From assembly GCF_006345805.1 (NCBI RefSeq), contig NC_042999.1:29078001-29142000 (forward strand): a stretch of DNA of 64,000 nt. The letters are read 5' to 3'. This document shows, piece by piece, positions 14,021 through 27,599 of this stretch. This DNA comes from Octopus sinensis (taxonomy: Eukaryota). A program made the position numbers and the translations under genes. How positions within the stretch are numbered: the first letter of the stretch is position 1; every line of letters begins with the position of its first letter. The notes under the pieces were generated by a model. It did not search any database and had not been told where the DNA came from. It saw only the letters and a program-made list of their open reading frames with translations.

Positions 14021-14513
14021 GCATATGTGTGTGTGCGTGTTTATGTCCAATATTTTACGAAAGTGTTGACGTCATGTGCAAACTCCGTAGGAAATAAAAT
14101 ACTTTTATCTATTATCGTTACTATATAACTCAGCCTTAATAATAATCTCCTTGTGATTTAATATTGCAAAATGTTTCGAAGGTATGACTGTTTTCCGTCA
14201 ATTACCTTCCGTTGGAAGAGATTACTAATCTTCGGAAAAATGGATGTGATTTTGATATCTTCTTTAATACGTTGTACTAATCCGATTGTAAATTTGTTAC
14301 ATTTATGTTTTAAATCAAGATCAATATTTCTATGAATCCGTCAAAATATCTGGCACTGATCTGTGTATCGAATCTCATAGTTTTACACGTTTAAACCTAC
14401 GTTAGATCTGATAACGCAAGCTCTTCTCAAATCAAAATTCAGACTTTTCATTAATGGATATTTGATCGTTATGTTTATTATATATATATATCTATATCTA
14501 TCTATATATATAT

Positions 14514-14550
<37 letters not shown>

Positions 14551-14584
14551 TAATATATATATTATATATATATGTATATATATA

Positions 14585-14654
<70 letters not shown>

Positions 14655-14859
14655 TATCCATATATATATACGTACGTATGTATGTATGTATATATATACA
14701 TATGCCAAAAGAGTCAAGGTAGATAATGGTGAAATAATTTTATATAAACCGTGTCAGTACCGGATTCTGTCATTGAGACTTTTATTCGACTGTATGTATG
14801 GAAAGCAATTAAACTTTGGAAAAATTATAAGAAAAGTTCTTTAAAAGAATATTTGCATA

Positions 14860-15076
14860 GTAGTCAAAAGTCAATGGACGTTTTCCTTCTTTCTGCCTGC
14901 CTCTGTCTCACTTGTTTGCTCTTGTGGGTTCGAGGTCGTTGTGAATTCTTGGCGGGGAAGAAGAAGAAAAAGAAGAAGAAGAAGGAGAAGAAGAAGAAGA
15001 AGAAAAAGAAGAAGAAGAAGGAGAAGAAGAAGAAGAAGAAGAAGAAGAAGAAGAAGAAGAAGAAGAAGAAGACGAA

Positions 15077-15107
<31 letters not shown>

Positions 15108-15355
15108 AAGAAAAGAAGAAGAAGAAGAAGAAGAAGAAGAAGAAGAAGAAGAAGAAGAAGAAGAAGAAGAAGAAGAAAAGCGTATCCGGGCTTGTGTTAG
15201 GAGACTGTTCATAGCCTTGTATTGTCTCTTGCATTTTATGATGGTGTGTGCTTGGAGGATAAAGTTCTTTCTGTGGTCCTTTTTTAGCAGGGGAAAGTTT
15301 TGAAGGATGGGGTCGAAGCTTTCAATGCTGTGTGTGGGGAGAGCGACTTTTTTGG
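14860..15355 (-). mobile_element. Penelope-like element fragment (RT/GIY-YIG linker) split by a (GAA)n tract
   Basis: The minus frame reads PILQNFPLLKKDHRKNFILQAHTIIKCKRQYKAMNSLLTQARI, which resembles the PLE post-RT linker and parallels the 52.9-53.1 kb fragment. Confidence 0.45.
14957..15178. repeat. (GAA)n microsatellite, about 220 bp
   Basis: Mostly pure GAA with a few GAG/AAA/GAC/AAT interruptions. Confidence 0.95.
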
Positions 15356-15365
15356 CCTTATAATA

Positions 15366-15549
15366 TAACACACTCACCGGTAAAATTTCCACTTGTTTTC
15401 GTATTTTTCTTTTCCTTAAATTTCCGTTGCGTCTTGCAACATTTTCAACAATCTTGACACAAAACTATTGAAAAGTTTGCATGTCGCAACGGAAATTTTA
15501 GGAAAATAAACATAAGGAATAATTGGACATTTTACCATTCAGTGTGTTA
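15366..15549. mobile_element. MITE-like foldback element (about 80 bp imperfect TIRs, about 19 nt spacer)
   Basis: The left arm TAACACACTCACCGGTAAAATTTCC...AAATTTCCGTTGCG..TGCAACATTTTCAA matches the reverse complement of TTGAAAAGTTTGCATGTCGCAACGGAAATTTTAGG...TTTTACCATTCAGTGTGTTA. Confidence 0.6.
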
Positions 15550-15749
15550 ACTTATGAGGCACAAATAGAAAATGACTCTCCCCAGACGCAACAGAATATG
15601 CTTCAACACATGAACTCACATAAAATATCTTGCAAACCAAATCCCCATACGAAATATATATGTGTGTGTTTGTGTGATTATGTATATTTTCTCTCTCTAA
15701 TTTCAGGTCAGATCTATGGCCATGCTGATGCACCGCCGTTATGTATATA

Positions 15750-15834
<85 letters not shown>

Positions 15835-16074
15835 ATATACATACATACAAAATAAACGTTAGAACACAACGAATAACGAAAACATAAACACACAACAAGG
15901 AAGCGGACTTGTTTTAACAACCAAAAAACAGAGTACAAAGAACATTCCCCTTCTTCAGCTGCCCCTGTTTCGACTCATTGCGTGTGTGTGTGTGTGTATG
16001 TGTGTGTGTGTGTCTGTTTGTGTGTGTGTGTGTGTGTGTATATATGTATATTTGTATGTGTGTGTGGTTGATAC

Positions 16075-17960
16075 TTACCAGATCAGTTCCGTGGGTCAGT
16101 TACAGGCGGAGACGATGGGGTGGCCAGGTTTGTTGGGTTTGTGGATTTTGGAAAGGATGTAAATGGTGAGATTGGAGGCGGTGAGAGGGAGAGGGGAAGA
16201 GGAGATGACGTCATGGATAGTGGAGGACACAGCCTGTTGGTAGCTAGGCTTATATTTGGAGGGAAGAGCACAATAGAAAGAGGTGTCTTGAAGTTGGCGG
16301 AGAGCTTCAGAAATGTACGATTCTGCGCACCACACCACCAGGGCTCAACCATTGACGGCCGGTTTTTTGATATCTTTGCAGCGTTGTAGACATAGAAGGG
16401 CCAAGAGTTCGACAGGGAGGATGTTCAGATATCGGTGACGCCTGCGAATGTTAAACCAATCTATAACACGTTGGAAAATTCCCGCAAAATGACCGACTGC
16501 TCGGAACTGGACATGATCTGGCTTCCAGTGGGATGGTCGGCGGCCCAGGTCGGTGTAGAATTCCTCTTCGTTAGATGCTGGATGAGTATTGTGCATATAG
16601 CCTGAAACGGCGCACATAGCTATGAATTTCAGCACGTGTCTGAAATTCGTTATTGGATGGAATGAGGTGGATGAAGTGCACACCTCTACTGAGGAGAGAA
16701 CGATCCGCTTCAGAGAGGGGAAGATCAGTAGGAACGGTAACAACAGACTGAAGTGGAGCGGAGCTGCACAAGTTAGAAATGTGTGGGTGGTGGGTGTATT
16801 GGAAAGCTAGGAGGAAAGAATAGGGTTAAGTGTGTGGGGGTTGAATAATGGAACGGTTGGGATGAGGAAGAGGGGAAAGCGTATCGGGGTGGGAGTTGTG
16901 GAGTAGTGGCACCGGGTGTGACGGAATGAAAGCTTGAGTTTGGTGAGTGCGAGAAAATCGTGGAAAAATATGACTTAAATCGATTATGTAGCATAGAGAA
17001 GAATGTGTATATGAAATGAAGGTGAGGAGAACAAACATGGAATAAACGTGAGGGACAAGGTTGTCGAGGGTGTGTATTTAGGAGAGTTTGGAACGAATGG
17101 TGGTACTCATACAGCGGCAGAATGTAATATGGAGTATAGGTTGGATGGCAGAGGCAGTGTGGAAAGGGGGATGGATATGGACGCGGAAAGCGTCCTTTCT
17201 GTGTGTAGCTTTGGTGATAGGAAAGTGGTAAAGGCAGTGACTGAGATATGAAACGTGACAAGAGAACCGTGTTTTCTTTTGGGGGAAAATTAGTAGGAAA
17301 ACATTATTAGATGGTTGGAAGCAGCGGAAAGAAAGTGTGGAAACGTGTTTCTTTAGGCGGGAGTGAAATCGAGGAGGAAAGATTTGTAATTGCGTTTTTC
17401 TGAAAAAGGAGAAAAAAGGGAGAGTGAAAGGCATAGTAATGACGTACGGGGTATAAATGTTAAAAACATTTAAAAGGTGTGTTAGGAGAAGAAAATTCAG
17501 AAGCAGGAGGAGAAGAAAAAGAATTAGAAGAGAAAGAGGAAACAAATGGAGGAGAAAAGGAGAAGAAAAAAAGAGAAGATGCAAAGATAAAGAAAAGACG
17601 AGAGAGCGGCAAAATAACGTGCGGATTAAGAGAAAACAGAGTAGGGAAAACAGAGAGTTTTCATCAACGGAAGAAACCTGTGAAATCCCTATGTATGGTA
17701 ATTCGGGTGAAATGCTGGTGTGTAGCTAAGGAGAGGTGCAAACAGTTCAGATAGTAGTAAGTCTGACGTGTAGGAAGGGACCGTACAATATATATTTAAA
17801 ATTTAAGGAAAACCAAAAGACGAAGAGAGGTGTATAAACTACAAACATGTGTAGTAGTTTGACTCTCGGGAAGGTGAAAACATATTTTACCTTTCAAGCA
17901 TACGTTCTTCAATGGAAAGAAACCGAGGAAATAAGCAGAGAGAATTTAAAAAAAAAAACC
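16075..17960 (-). mobile_element. Penelope-like retroelement, 5' part (terminal repeat + N-terminal region + start of RT), decayed
   Basis: Minus-strand pieces read TRFSCHVSYLSHCL (PLE N-terminus), LPLSEADRSLLSRGVHF...YVRRFRL and YISEALRQLQDTSFY...LSKIHKPNKPGHPIVSACN (PLE RT N-terminal motif). The 17760-17960 segment is homologous to the HHR-bearing repeat at 46830-47006. Confidence 0.8.
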
Positions 17961-18051
17961 AAAAAACTTGTGGATTTAGTGGTCAATCATGGCGACTGTT
18001 GGGCAAAGGTAGTTTGACGGGACAGCTAAGAAGAAGGGGAGATAAAAATAC

Positions 18052-18483
18052 ATGGAGTGCCTGTGCGGTAAGAAGCTTGCTTACCCACGACATTATACCG
18101 GATTCAATTCCACCGCGTGGTACCTTGCGCAGGTGTCTCGGGCCGACCAAAGCTGTGTTAGCGCATTTGATAAATAGAAACTGAAAGAAGCACGTTAGCA
18201 CGCCGGGCGAAATCCTTAGCGGCATTTCGTCTGCCGCTACTTTCTGAGTTCAAATTCCGCCGAGGTCGACTTTGATGTTCATCCTTTCGGGGTCGATTAA
18301 ATAAGTACCAGTTACGTACTGGAGTCGATGTAATTGACTTAATCCGTTTGCCTGCCTTTGTTTGTCCTCTCCGTGTGTAGCCCCTTGTGGGAAGTAAAGA
18401 AACAAGAAACTGAAAGAAGTACGTCGTAAATATATATTTGTATATGCAAGTATATATATAAATATATATGTATATATATATAC

Positions 18484-18515
<32 letters not shown>

Positions 18516-18730
18516 CTGTGTTTGTGTATTTGTTTGTCTGTGTTTCCTCCCCCACTATCGCTTGACAACAGATGTTGTTGTGTTTACTTTACCGTAACCA
18601 AGTGGTTTGGCAAAGAGACCGATATAATAAGGATTGATCTACAAAATATATGTCTTGGGGTTGATTTTGTTCGACTAAAGGCAGTGCTCTAGCAGTCAAA
18701 TGACTGAAAGAAGTAAAAGTAAAAGAAAAG
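18052..18730 (+). mobile_element. Diverged family 1 SINE with a nested second SINE
   Basis: Head GGAGTGCCTGTGCGGTAAG, central AGAAACTGAAAGAAG, and tail TTCGACTAAAGGCAGTGCTC...AAATGACTGAAAG. It is interrupted at 18196-18404. Confidence 0.8.
18196..18404 (+). mobile_element. 5'-truncated SINE, family 2, flanked by a 20-bp target site duplication
   Basis: Body TAGCACGCCGGGCGAAAT...GAGTTCAAATTCCGCCGAGGTCGAC...AATAAGTACCAG. The flanks are AGAAACTGAAAGAAGCACGT (18176-18195) and AGAAACTGAAAGAAGTACGT (18405-18424). Confidence 0.85.
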
Positions 18731-18769
18731 ATGGAATTTAATCGTTCTTCCAGCGATGATTCTCTTCTC

Positions 18770-19250
18770 AGTACTTGTCAGGTACCATTTAAAACAAGGT
18801 TCTGCACTGCTTGCAGTGATGGTAAGCAAGGTATTATTTTCACATAATTTTCATTTACATTTTTGATCATTTCTAACACTCCTACAATCACTGGTATTTT
18901 AACAGGCTTTTCGATATCAATGATTAAATTGTTATATACGCGTATTCTGTGCTTGTCAAATTCTTTAGCCGACATATTACGACATTTAACGATCAGAAGA
19001 AATACGCATGTAGATGAATAAATAGACTTCATTATTTTGGTCTATAAGCCCTGGATGTTTTTTTTCTCTGTATGTACTATTCTTGTTATTTCCTGTAGCT
19101 CTGTTGTAATTGATCGCCTCTTTGCGATCGTTGCTATCGCTTATGTAGTAGTTTGTGTCATTGCAGTGACTGCCCTAAGTTGTTATGGTGGCTGAACTAT
19201 TGTCTTGCATATGTGTTCACTACTTTATAGTAGTCAGTTATATTTATTAT
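18770..19250 (-). mobile_element. Dong/R4-type non-LTR retrotransposon, C-terminal relic
   Basis: The minus ORF SAKEFDK...KIPVIVGVLEMIK...PCLPSLQAVQNLVLNGT parallels the C-terminus of the 22.5-24.1 kb copy (PVIVGALGMIKK...KEIQKIVLTSTAHIL). Confidence 0.6.
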
Positions 19251-19999
19251 CACCGTCACAACCATGACCGACCAGGCTATCAGGTGTTGCTACACATCGC
19301 TGGTCACAATGCGCTCCGCATTGTTTTAGCCTTCAAATGACGCCACACCGCTGGCTAAGCGAGCAGACCATTATATTTATTATATATTTTATATTATATT
19401 ATATATAATATATATTTTCCCTATATTTATAATAGATATAGGGAAAAACAAATGGGGATAGCTAATTTGTAAATATATATAACAATGTTTTGTAAAAGCA
19501 AAACTGCTTACGATCATAGTATTCTTTGCTCACACGCCGCTTCCTACACCTCCTTGTTGCTGAGATGGTTGCAACAGTGTTCTCTCTTCCATTTCTTTCT
19601 AGTTTCTTTTTTGCTTATTTGGATTGTACAAACTCTTCCCGGTGTTGTTTGCGCTTTTTTTTTCTTATGGAATTTGATTTGAAATTGTTGTACTGGCGTT
19701 TGCATCGTGTATTGTATGTGGAATGCGATTTGTTTCTTTCTGTTGGGAATCAGACTTGTAGATTACATCTTATTACAGTTGTTCATTGTGTCGGCTATTT
19801 ACTGTATGAGTTTATCTATTTCGGTTTTGGTGAACTTGCCATTCTCACATGATATATCGTCTGATGTTAGCAATTGTATTCTTTCTTATATTGTTCTTTT
19901 TATCTGATATTTTGTTGGAACTACTGGAGTTTTGCATGCGTAGCGGTCTTGCCGCCTGTAGCCTACAGTACAATGATGTCTGTTCTTTTCAACTGTCTA

Positions 20000-20940
20000 T
20001 TACTTATTATTCTGGCGGTGCCAAGGAGGGAACATTTTGTAACAGTTCCACTGGACACTCCGATTTCCTTTGCATTCATCTTCATGCTAAGGAGACAACA
20101 GTAATTAGCATTCTCTTCAACTTAATTTTCCATAGCCGAGCTATTTCATAATTAAGAGCATTGTATTTATCTAATTTATCGGTTTTTGTTCCTTACTATT
20201 CGTAGGTCAAAGGGGCACGCAACATCCACTCTATAGTACATGTCGTGCATCATGTCCACAACAACTAGATCCGATCAGTTATACTCTCAAGACTAAGTTA
20301 TTCAATTTGGGAAACCCCGCAGGAATTTTCACGTCTCCGACTCCTCGAATCTATACGATTTGTACTCATACCAGTCTTGACACTCTCTAGCGCTAAGTTC
20401 ACTTTTCTCATAGTATCCACTGTATCACTTTCGCTACTTCTTCGACTCGTCACAAAGTGTGATGGTTTTAGGGAAATTTAGGGCATTCGTTGGTGATATG
20501 GGCTCGGTTTCCGTTCACGCTACTACACGTGAGGAAGAGCGGAGACACTTGTTCATCTCTAAGCTTGACACTCCAAATTGTGGCCAAACCTTGGTCTTGC
20601 GCTGCCAGTATAGTGATGTCAATCTCTTTCCTTTCTTCAGTCAATCTCTTTCTTTTCTTCAGTCAATCCCACCTGTGTTTTCCAGCAACATCAGTTGAAG
20701 CTGCACAGATTTTATTTTGTACTCCCTTATTCTTTAATGCTTTTTCATTTCCTTACTGTACTCCTTGCTTTGTTCCCCCACTTTTATCTGATTTCAATAT
20801 TCAATCGTTCCTAACACTAGCAAGGTTTCCTTACTTTAGGTTAGGTATCTCAACAAGTTTCCGAGTTCGATACGTACGTATTTTTCTACATTTACCACCC
20901 CACTTTCTCCATTTGCTCTCTTTAAGTACAGGTGATCAAT
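20000..20940 (-). mobile_element. Dong/R4-type fragment (Zn knuckle + restriction-like endonuclease + C-terminus)
   Basis: Minus-strand pieces read ILAAQDQGLAT, HITNECP, DLVVVD...VDVACPFD, DKYNALNYEIARLWK and KCSLLGTARII. Confidence 0.7.
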
Positions 20941-20959
20941 GTCTGTAATTCAGTGGCTA

Positions 20960-21960
20960 AATCCTAGTATGCTGCTATTTGCTCTATACCTCTCATATTG
21001 ATCTTTTCATCATTTAGAACTATAAAGTCCATTATCAGCTATTGACTATATTCTTTCCCTACTGGTACTAAATCAGGCTTTCTAGCTTCTATTACGCTGT
21101 CTGTCAGAATTTTAAATTTCCACGACATCTCATATTTCTTGATACTCATACTTTACAAGGTTCATTTACATAACATTTTTAGTATGGTCAAATCCTAACT
21201 TTCTACATATCTCACAGTGGATTACTCTCTCTAGATTGTCATGCCTTTCCTTTCTGTGCCATAATGTTACACACATTATGTGTGTAGCAGTTTCCTCTTT
21301 TGGTTTGCATAAACTACACTGGAAATCTACTTGGCTTTTGTCCAATTACTTCTCAATGCTTGATCTTATGCTGCTACTAATAAACCTTCCCTCTGCCTTT
21401 TCAGCCTTCATTTCTGCTACCATAACCATGTCTCACTACCCCCAATTGCTGCAATTATTTTTGGGAATGTACCATGCAAATCTTTCTCCTGCCTCTCAGA
21501 TAACTTTTGTCCTTTTTTTCTGATTTTAAAACTCATTTGGCTTTCTGTTTTCCCTATGTCTTGCTTTGATTCTAGCAGTCCTCATAGACTTTCTTCACTA
21601 TTGGCTGTTTAGGAGTCAATGTCTACTCTAGCTAACTCCACGCAGTCTTCTACATATAGTAAACCTCTTCCACCTTCCTTCCTAGCTAAGTGTTTTCCAG
21701 CTATCCCCTTTCTTTGGTGAAGCCGTCCATTCATATTTAATTCCTTCCGTATTATACTGTCTCCCTCTGCTAATTAAGATTTTGTGCAATCTCTTAAAGC
21801 TGCTGAGTATCTACGTAGAGGTACTACCCAATTATTTACAGAGTTCTCAAGGCATGTAGCTTCGACTTATTTAACACCCTTGTGATAAATTCTTTCTCAA
21901 TTTTCTCAATTTTGGGTTTCATTTCTAATGCTCCTAGATACATATCTCTCTCTCCTTCTT
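20960..21960 (-). mobile_element. Dong/R4-type fragment (RT thumb to endonuclease)
   Basis: Minus-strand pieces read YLGALE, NWVVPL, LARKEGGRGLLYVEDCVEL and IEARKPDLV. The 5' side abuts the (ATC)n(ATT)n tract at 22021-22110. Confidence 0.7.
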
Positions 21961-22032
21961 TCAATGATTTTAATGTCTGGCCATGCTTTCGATGTTCTTC
22001 TTGTTATGTTTGATGTTGTTACCATCATCATT

Positions 22033-22110
<78 letters not shown>

Positions 22111-22398
22111 GTGCGAGAGAGCATTGCATGCGGTGAAAGTAACACTGGGGTACAATTATACGAAGCGCAATATACCCATCGTAACTACCCATCTGATAAG
22201 TGTACACCAGTCACAAATACATCATAGCCATATATGCATGACCTGTGATCACATATCGAGATCATCATGACCTGGGCAATCACCGTGTAGGTGGGGCTCA
22301 GTTATATTGTCTTCAGTTCGAGTAGCCGATCCGCTCAAAAGATCCCTGAACAAGGGTCCAAATTATTATCATTATTATTAATGTTATGATTATTATTA

Positions 22399-22461
<63 letters not shown>

Positions 22462-22480
22462 TTTATTATTATTATTATCA

Positions 22481-24096
22481 TTGTCATTTTACTTTTAATC
22501 TGCATGTTTGATGCAATCACCTGCCGGGGCACCCAGCGCCCTAGGGCAAGTGAAGGTTAAGAGTTGTTGAAATATAGCTGAAAGCTTGGGGAGGAAGTAG
22601 AGATATATCTCCATGTAATGCAAACACAAATATTTACATTGATAGGGTTTTTCTAAGGATGTGGGCAGTACTTGTTAGCACAATCTTTTGGATTTCCTTG
22701 AGACATGGTTTTCCAGGGATATTGTCTAGGTGTTTCTGACATCCCTTTTTTATCATACCTAGGGCACCTACAATAACAGGAACAGTTTTTTGTTTTAAGA
22801 TTCCACATCCTCTGTATTTCGAATTCCAGGTCCTTATATTTACTAAGTTTGTCAAATTCCTTGACAGATACATTTTTATCTGGGACGCTTACTTCTATTA
22901 GTCTGCAGGTATTTTCTTCCCTGTCTTTAACAATTATTCTGGTCGATTAGCCTTGATCGTTCTGTCAGTGTTGACTGGAAAATCCAGAGGATGGTGACAT
23001 CTTTACCTTCAACAACTGGCTGAGGATGGTGTTCATACCAGTTAGCAGGAGTGTCGGATTTGTAGTGTTTACATATCTTCCAATGTATATACTGTCCTAC
23101 CCTATCGTGGCGATTTTTGCATTCGTTTGGTGTCAGCACAGGACATCCCGAAACGAGATGGTCTATCGTTTCGTCAAATGTGTCGCAGAATCTGCATTTA
23201 GGGTCAGTACCGTTTCGGAGAACGTTAGCCTGGTAATGTCTGGTAAACAAGCTTTGATCTTGTGCTGCCATTATGAAACCTTCAGTCTCTGCTTCTCAAT
23301 CCAGAGCTCTTCAGCCACTGATGGGTTGTTGCTTGGTCTACATCAGCATTTTGGCTTCGGAGAATATATTGTCCATGCAGGGGCTTCTGGCTCCACCGCC
23401 TCTCAATTTGATTCTGCCCGTTCTTTTTTGCAGTCTGCTTGATTCGCTTTGCTTGCTTGGTAGCAGTGGTTTCCGGCTCTTCATCTGATTCAAGGTTAAT
23501 GTCTAGTTCCCTTTCGAACTTATAAGCTTCCTTGACAATAGAATGCAGCTTTTTGCTGCTTTCGTGTTCGCACACAGTCGCAGCATCCAGTCCTTTGTAC
23601 TAGATAGGTACCTGTTCATTCCTACAGTAGAGGTCTTATAGCACAGCTCTAATTGCATCATTCCTCTCCCACCGCTGCTTCTAGGTAGGTACAAGCGGTC
23701 TCTACACCTGCCTTCGGGTGGTGCATGCTCTTGGATGTCAGTAACTTTCTTGTCTTCCTGTCCAAGCGTTGAGTTCCGTAAGGTTCCAGTTAATGATGTT
23801 AAAACTGTACTGGACTACTGGAAGTGCCAGGGTGTTAATGGCCTCAATGCAATTTTTGGAGTTGAGTTCAGTCTTCAGTACAAGCCTTATTCTCCTATAG
23901 TATTCCTTTCTTATTTTTTCCTTCATAGTAGCATGATGTATACCATCTCCTTCGTTGATTCCTAGGTATTTGTAACTTTCCTGTGGGTCAAGTTCCTTGA
24001 TGGTAGTGTCAATATCTAATTTAACAGAAGCTGTTTGCCTGAGCTTGCCTCTTACAAAAGTTGCTTTAGCACACTTATCAAGGCAAAAATCAAGGC
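22481..24096 (-). mobile_element. 5'-truncated Dong/R4-clade retrotransposon inserted in (TAA)n
   Basis: ORF pieces read LDKCAKATFVRG, YKYLGINEGDG, AINTLALPVVQYSFNIINW, YLPRSSGGRG, AAQDQSL, CRFCDTFDETIDHLVSGC (CCHC knuckle), RHDRVGQYIHW and PVIVGALG. TTA tracts flank both sides (22365-22480 and 24097-24122). Confidence 0.88.
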
Positions 24097-24199
24097 TATT
24101 ATTATTATTATTATTATTATTGGTATCATTATTGTTATTGATGTGGTTGCTCTTGTTGTTGTCATTGTCGTTGTCGCTGTTCCTATCATTATTTAAAAC

Positions 24200-24530
24200 A
24201 GATTTATTCGACCCATACAGGCTCGTCAAAGGACCCTAGCTCATCTAGCACTGGCAGCCGTACGCTGAGATTGTGTAGCTTTATATTCTTGTTAATAACT
24301 GCTATGATATCCGTGATGTTAAACGAGATATCGAATAGTGTGTGTCGGGTGGATTGGTTAAAGGTATGGAACAGTATTGCTTGGACAGAATCTCAACCAT
24401 ATCTTCTGCACCACTATGCAGAGAGATTTTATCTTCCAGTTGTGTAACAGATGAGATAACGATCGTATAGTTTACGACGAATACGAAGAGCACTTTAGGA
24501 TTCACTTTTACATTCTCTAAGCGTACTTAT
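24200..24530 (-). mobile_element. CR1-type LINE relic (endonuclease-RT linker)
   Basis: NPKVLFVF...SSVTQLEDK...AEDMVEILSKQYCS aligns by eye with the 12825-13055 linker of the larger CR1 copy. Confidence 0.55.
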
Positions 24531-25062
24531 TTCTGCTGCTCGTTGTCGATGATATGTTAATGAATTTTGATGATTATGTTTCTTTCATTCCAGTAAAGAT
24601 ATATCTGTCAAGAACGTGCCTTGCTTCAGTCACTATTTTAGCCGGTTGATATTTTCCACTCGTCTTTTTCTTTCTCTCGATATCTTTATTATAAGTGCGT
24701 GTCTGTCACATAACAGAATGTGCTTTATTTCGCTTTGATTTTTTAGTAAAAAAAAAAAAAAAACAGTCAGCGTGTGAAAGATCATGTGTAAATGCCTTCC
24801 AGTTAGCATTTCGTAGATATATTAGACCATAAGTGCTTGCCAATCTCACGAACAAACAAATCGTTGAGTAATATTAATGCTAGAAGTATAATTTCAATGA
24901 GGAACAATTTGTACCACTAGGACAAACGATGGAAAACTACGTCACTACACAAACACAAACTAAAACATCAGTCATGCACAGTCAGCTAGCAAAGGCACAC
25001 GCGCACAAATACACACATACACACATACACACACATACACTGCATATGTGTGTGTATATATG

Positions 25063-25095
<33 letters not shown>

Positions 25096-26726
25096 AGAGA
25101 AAGGTTTTCATATATATTTACACATTCGTGTAAATTGTGTTTGTGCGATAGTCATTTGCATGGTATGTTTTCATCAATACCTAGGAATTTATAGCACATT
25201 TAACGTGACATGTGAGATGAGGAAGTATTAGACGCAGACAGTTAATTTTAATAAACAGATATTCTGTACGCAGCCAGCTATCGGGTATAAATCTATTCGC
25301 CTATCACAGTATTAATTAAACTAGAATGTAAATACTTTAGAATTTAATGTGTACTATACTTAATGTATCAGTCAATCGGTAGATTTTCGTTAAAAAGTTT
25401 TCTACACATTACTACATCTCTTCTTTACCCAAATTTGCTACAGAAAGCTTTGTCTCTTCCTTACCCAAAATAAGGAGTTAGTGACCAAGAGGGCCCTACA
25501 ATTGCTGGAGATAATGCTGTATTATTTTCACTCATAAGTCTGCAAAAATAAGAGAATATTATTGATTGTAGCACGTCTGGTAAACCATCGAAAATATAAT
25601 TGCTGTGACAAAGTGAACCGGGTGCTAAACGAATCTACTCTTACCGTCACGGGAATCCGTATCATACGCGTGAGCAACACCACTGATCATAACAAGAGAA
25701 AAAAGGAAAAGCAAGAAATATCACATCCTATAGTTAGTACATTTAAGTAAAGTATACATTTGCTAATAAATATCAGCATGAAAGTTTTATGTAAATCTGT
25801 TAGTGTACATAATGCTAGGGGGAATTGTAGCTCAGTCTTATGGTAATCCTTTCTGTAACTATTATACAAATACTTGGAACAACAATTGTAATTCTTTACA
25901 TTCCGTAAAAATTCTACGTTTGGAAAATTGTTAATCCATGTTCACGGTGATTTCTATTCTCATACCTGTAATGACTAATCTAATGACAACCTTGAAGAAG
26001 TGAGTCTTTGGGGCTGAATTATCGGATAACAAATTAAACGAATGGCGCATTGATGCAAACAAATCGGAACGTATTATTGACAGAAGAATTCCAACGAATG
26101 CAAACGTCATAAACGCCATTGTAATTATGACGATGACGACGATAACAGCGGTGATGACGGCGATAATGGAGTCGACGACGACTACAACGGCAACGCGACG
26201 ACGACAAGGAAGAGGATGATGATGATGGTGACGCTTATGATGACGCTGATATCAATGGTGATGGCGATTACGAAGATAATTGCGTATTAGTGTTGATGAC
26301 AATGACGACAGTGCTATTGACAATGTTAATGATAGTAGTGCCTGTTCAGCTGATGAGAGTAACGATGCTGTTCATGACAATAATGGTATTCAGAATGATG
26401 ACGATGATGATGATGATGATTGCGATGATGACGACGAGATGGTAACAAAGGTGGTGATGGTTACGAGAAGCAATCAAACCAAACCAGCTCTAACTAAATA
26501 ATACATTATCAGTCCACTCTTTCCTAGCGAGTTAACATCTTAGTTATAACGATTCTTTAAAGCGTGAATATACTGATTTCTGTAAAGTAATTAGATTCCT
26601 CCAGACATGCATAAAATTGTAAACAAGAAAGGAACACAATATACACGCACACACAAATACGTTATGTATCTGTCTGTGCAGACACACCACAAACGCAGGA
26701 AAACACACTCATATATATATGTATGC

Positions 26727-26760
<34 letters not shown>

Positions 26761-26839
26761 ATGTACTTATACACACACATATATATATACCTATTTTTGT
26801 ATAAATATTTATGCATACGTACACACACACATATATATG

Positions 26840-26945
<106 letters not shown>

Positions 26946-27128
26946 GTATGTATGTATATGGAGTGTATACACATCGAATGATTAGTTTAAATATGTCGTA
27001 TTTGCACAGACTTTCTGAGTGTGTACGGTTTTGCTTATCTATTATCGCACATGCTGTAGCACACGTATATTACACACATAAACACGCTGACAGAGACACA
27101 CGAATAAAACTAACATACATAGATGCAT

Positions 27129-27177
<49 letters not shown>

Positions 27178-27259
27178 TCAACTGAGGGGGAAATCATCAT
27201 GGTGGTGATCAGAAAAGGAGTACACACACACACACACACGTATATATATATATGATTTA

Positions 27260-27296
<37 letters not shown>

Positions 27297-27478
27297 GCAT
27301 ATATAAATCATATATGTATATATGTGTGTGGGGGTGTGGGTGTGGGTGTGGGTGTACCCCTTTTCTGATCACCACCATGATGATTATCCCCTCAGTTGAA
27401 TTTTCAAGTTCTAAACCGGTATGATTTGTGTATATGTCTGTATGTTCTTGTGTGCGTGTGTGTGAGTGTGAATGTGTT

Positions 27479-27511
<33 letters not shown>

Positions 27512-27599
27512 GTATGTGTGTGTGTGTATGGTTGGTGCATTTACAATTATCTGTAAGAAGATTATTTCTTGAAATGTTCGAACGTTAGCCGATAATGTA

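Noticed and set aside
14143-14224. Hammerhead-shaped scaffold on the minus strand (TAATCTC/GAGATTA, GAAGGTA/TACCTTC followed by GAAAC)
   Set aside because: The CUGAnGA core is replaced by TTCCAACG and there is no clean UH junction. At most it is a dead relic.
15940-15975. GAAAC followed by CTGAAGA on the minus strand
   Set aside because: The order and spacing fit no hammerhead topology, with no UH site or stems.
18778-19032. 84-aa minus ORF that looks like a globular protein
   Set aside because: It is a decayed Dong/R4 C-terminus.
24302-24505. ORF with a signal-peptide-like start (MNPKVLFVFVV...)
   Set aside because: It aligns with the CR1 endonuclease-RT linker and is a LINE relic.
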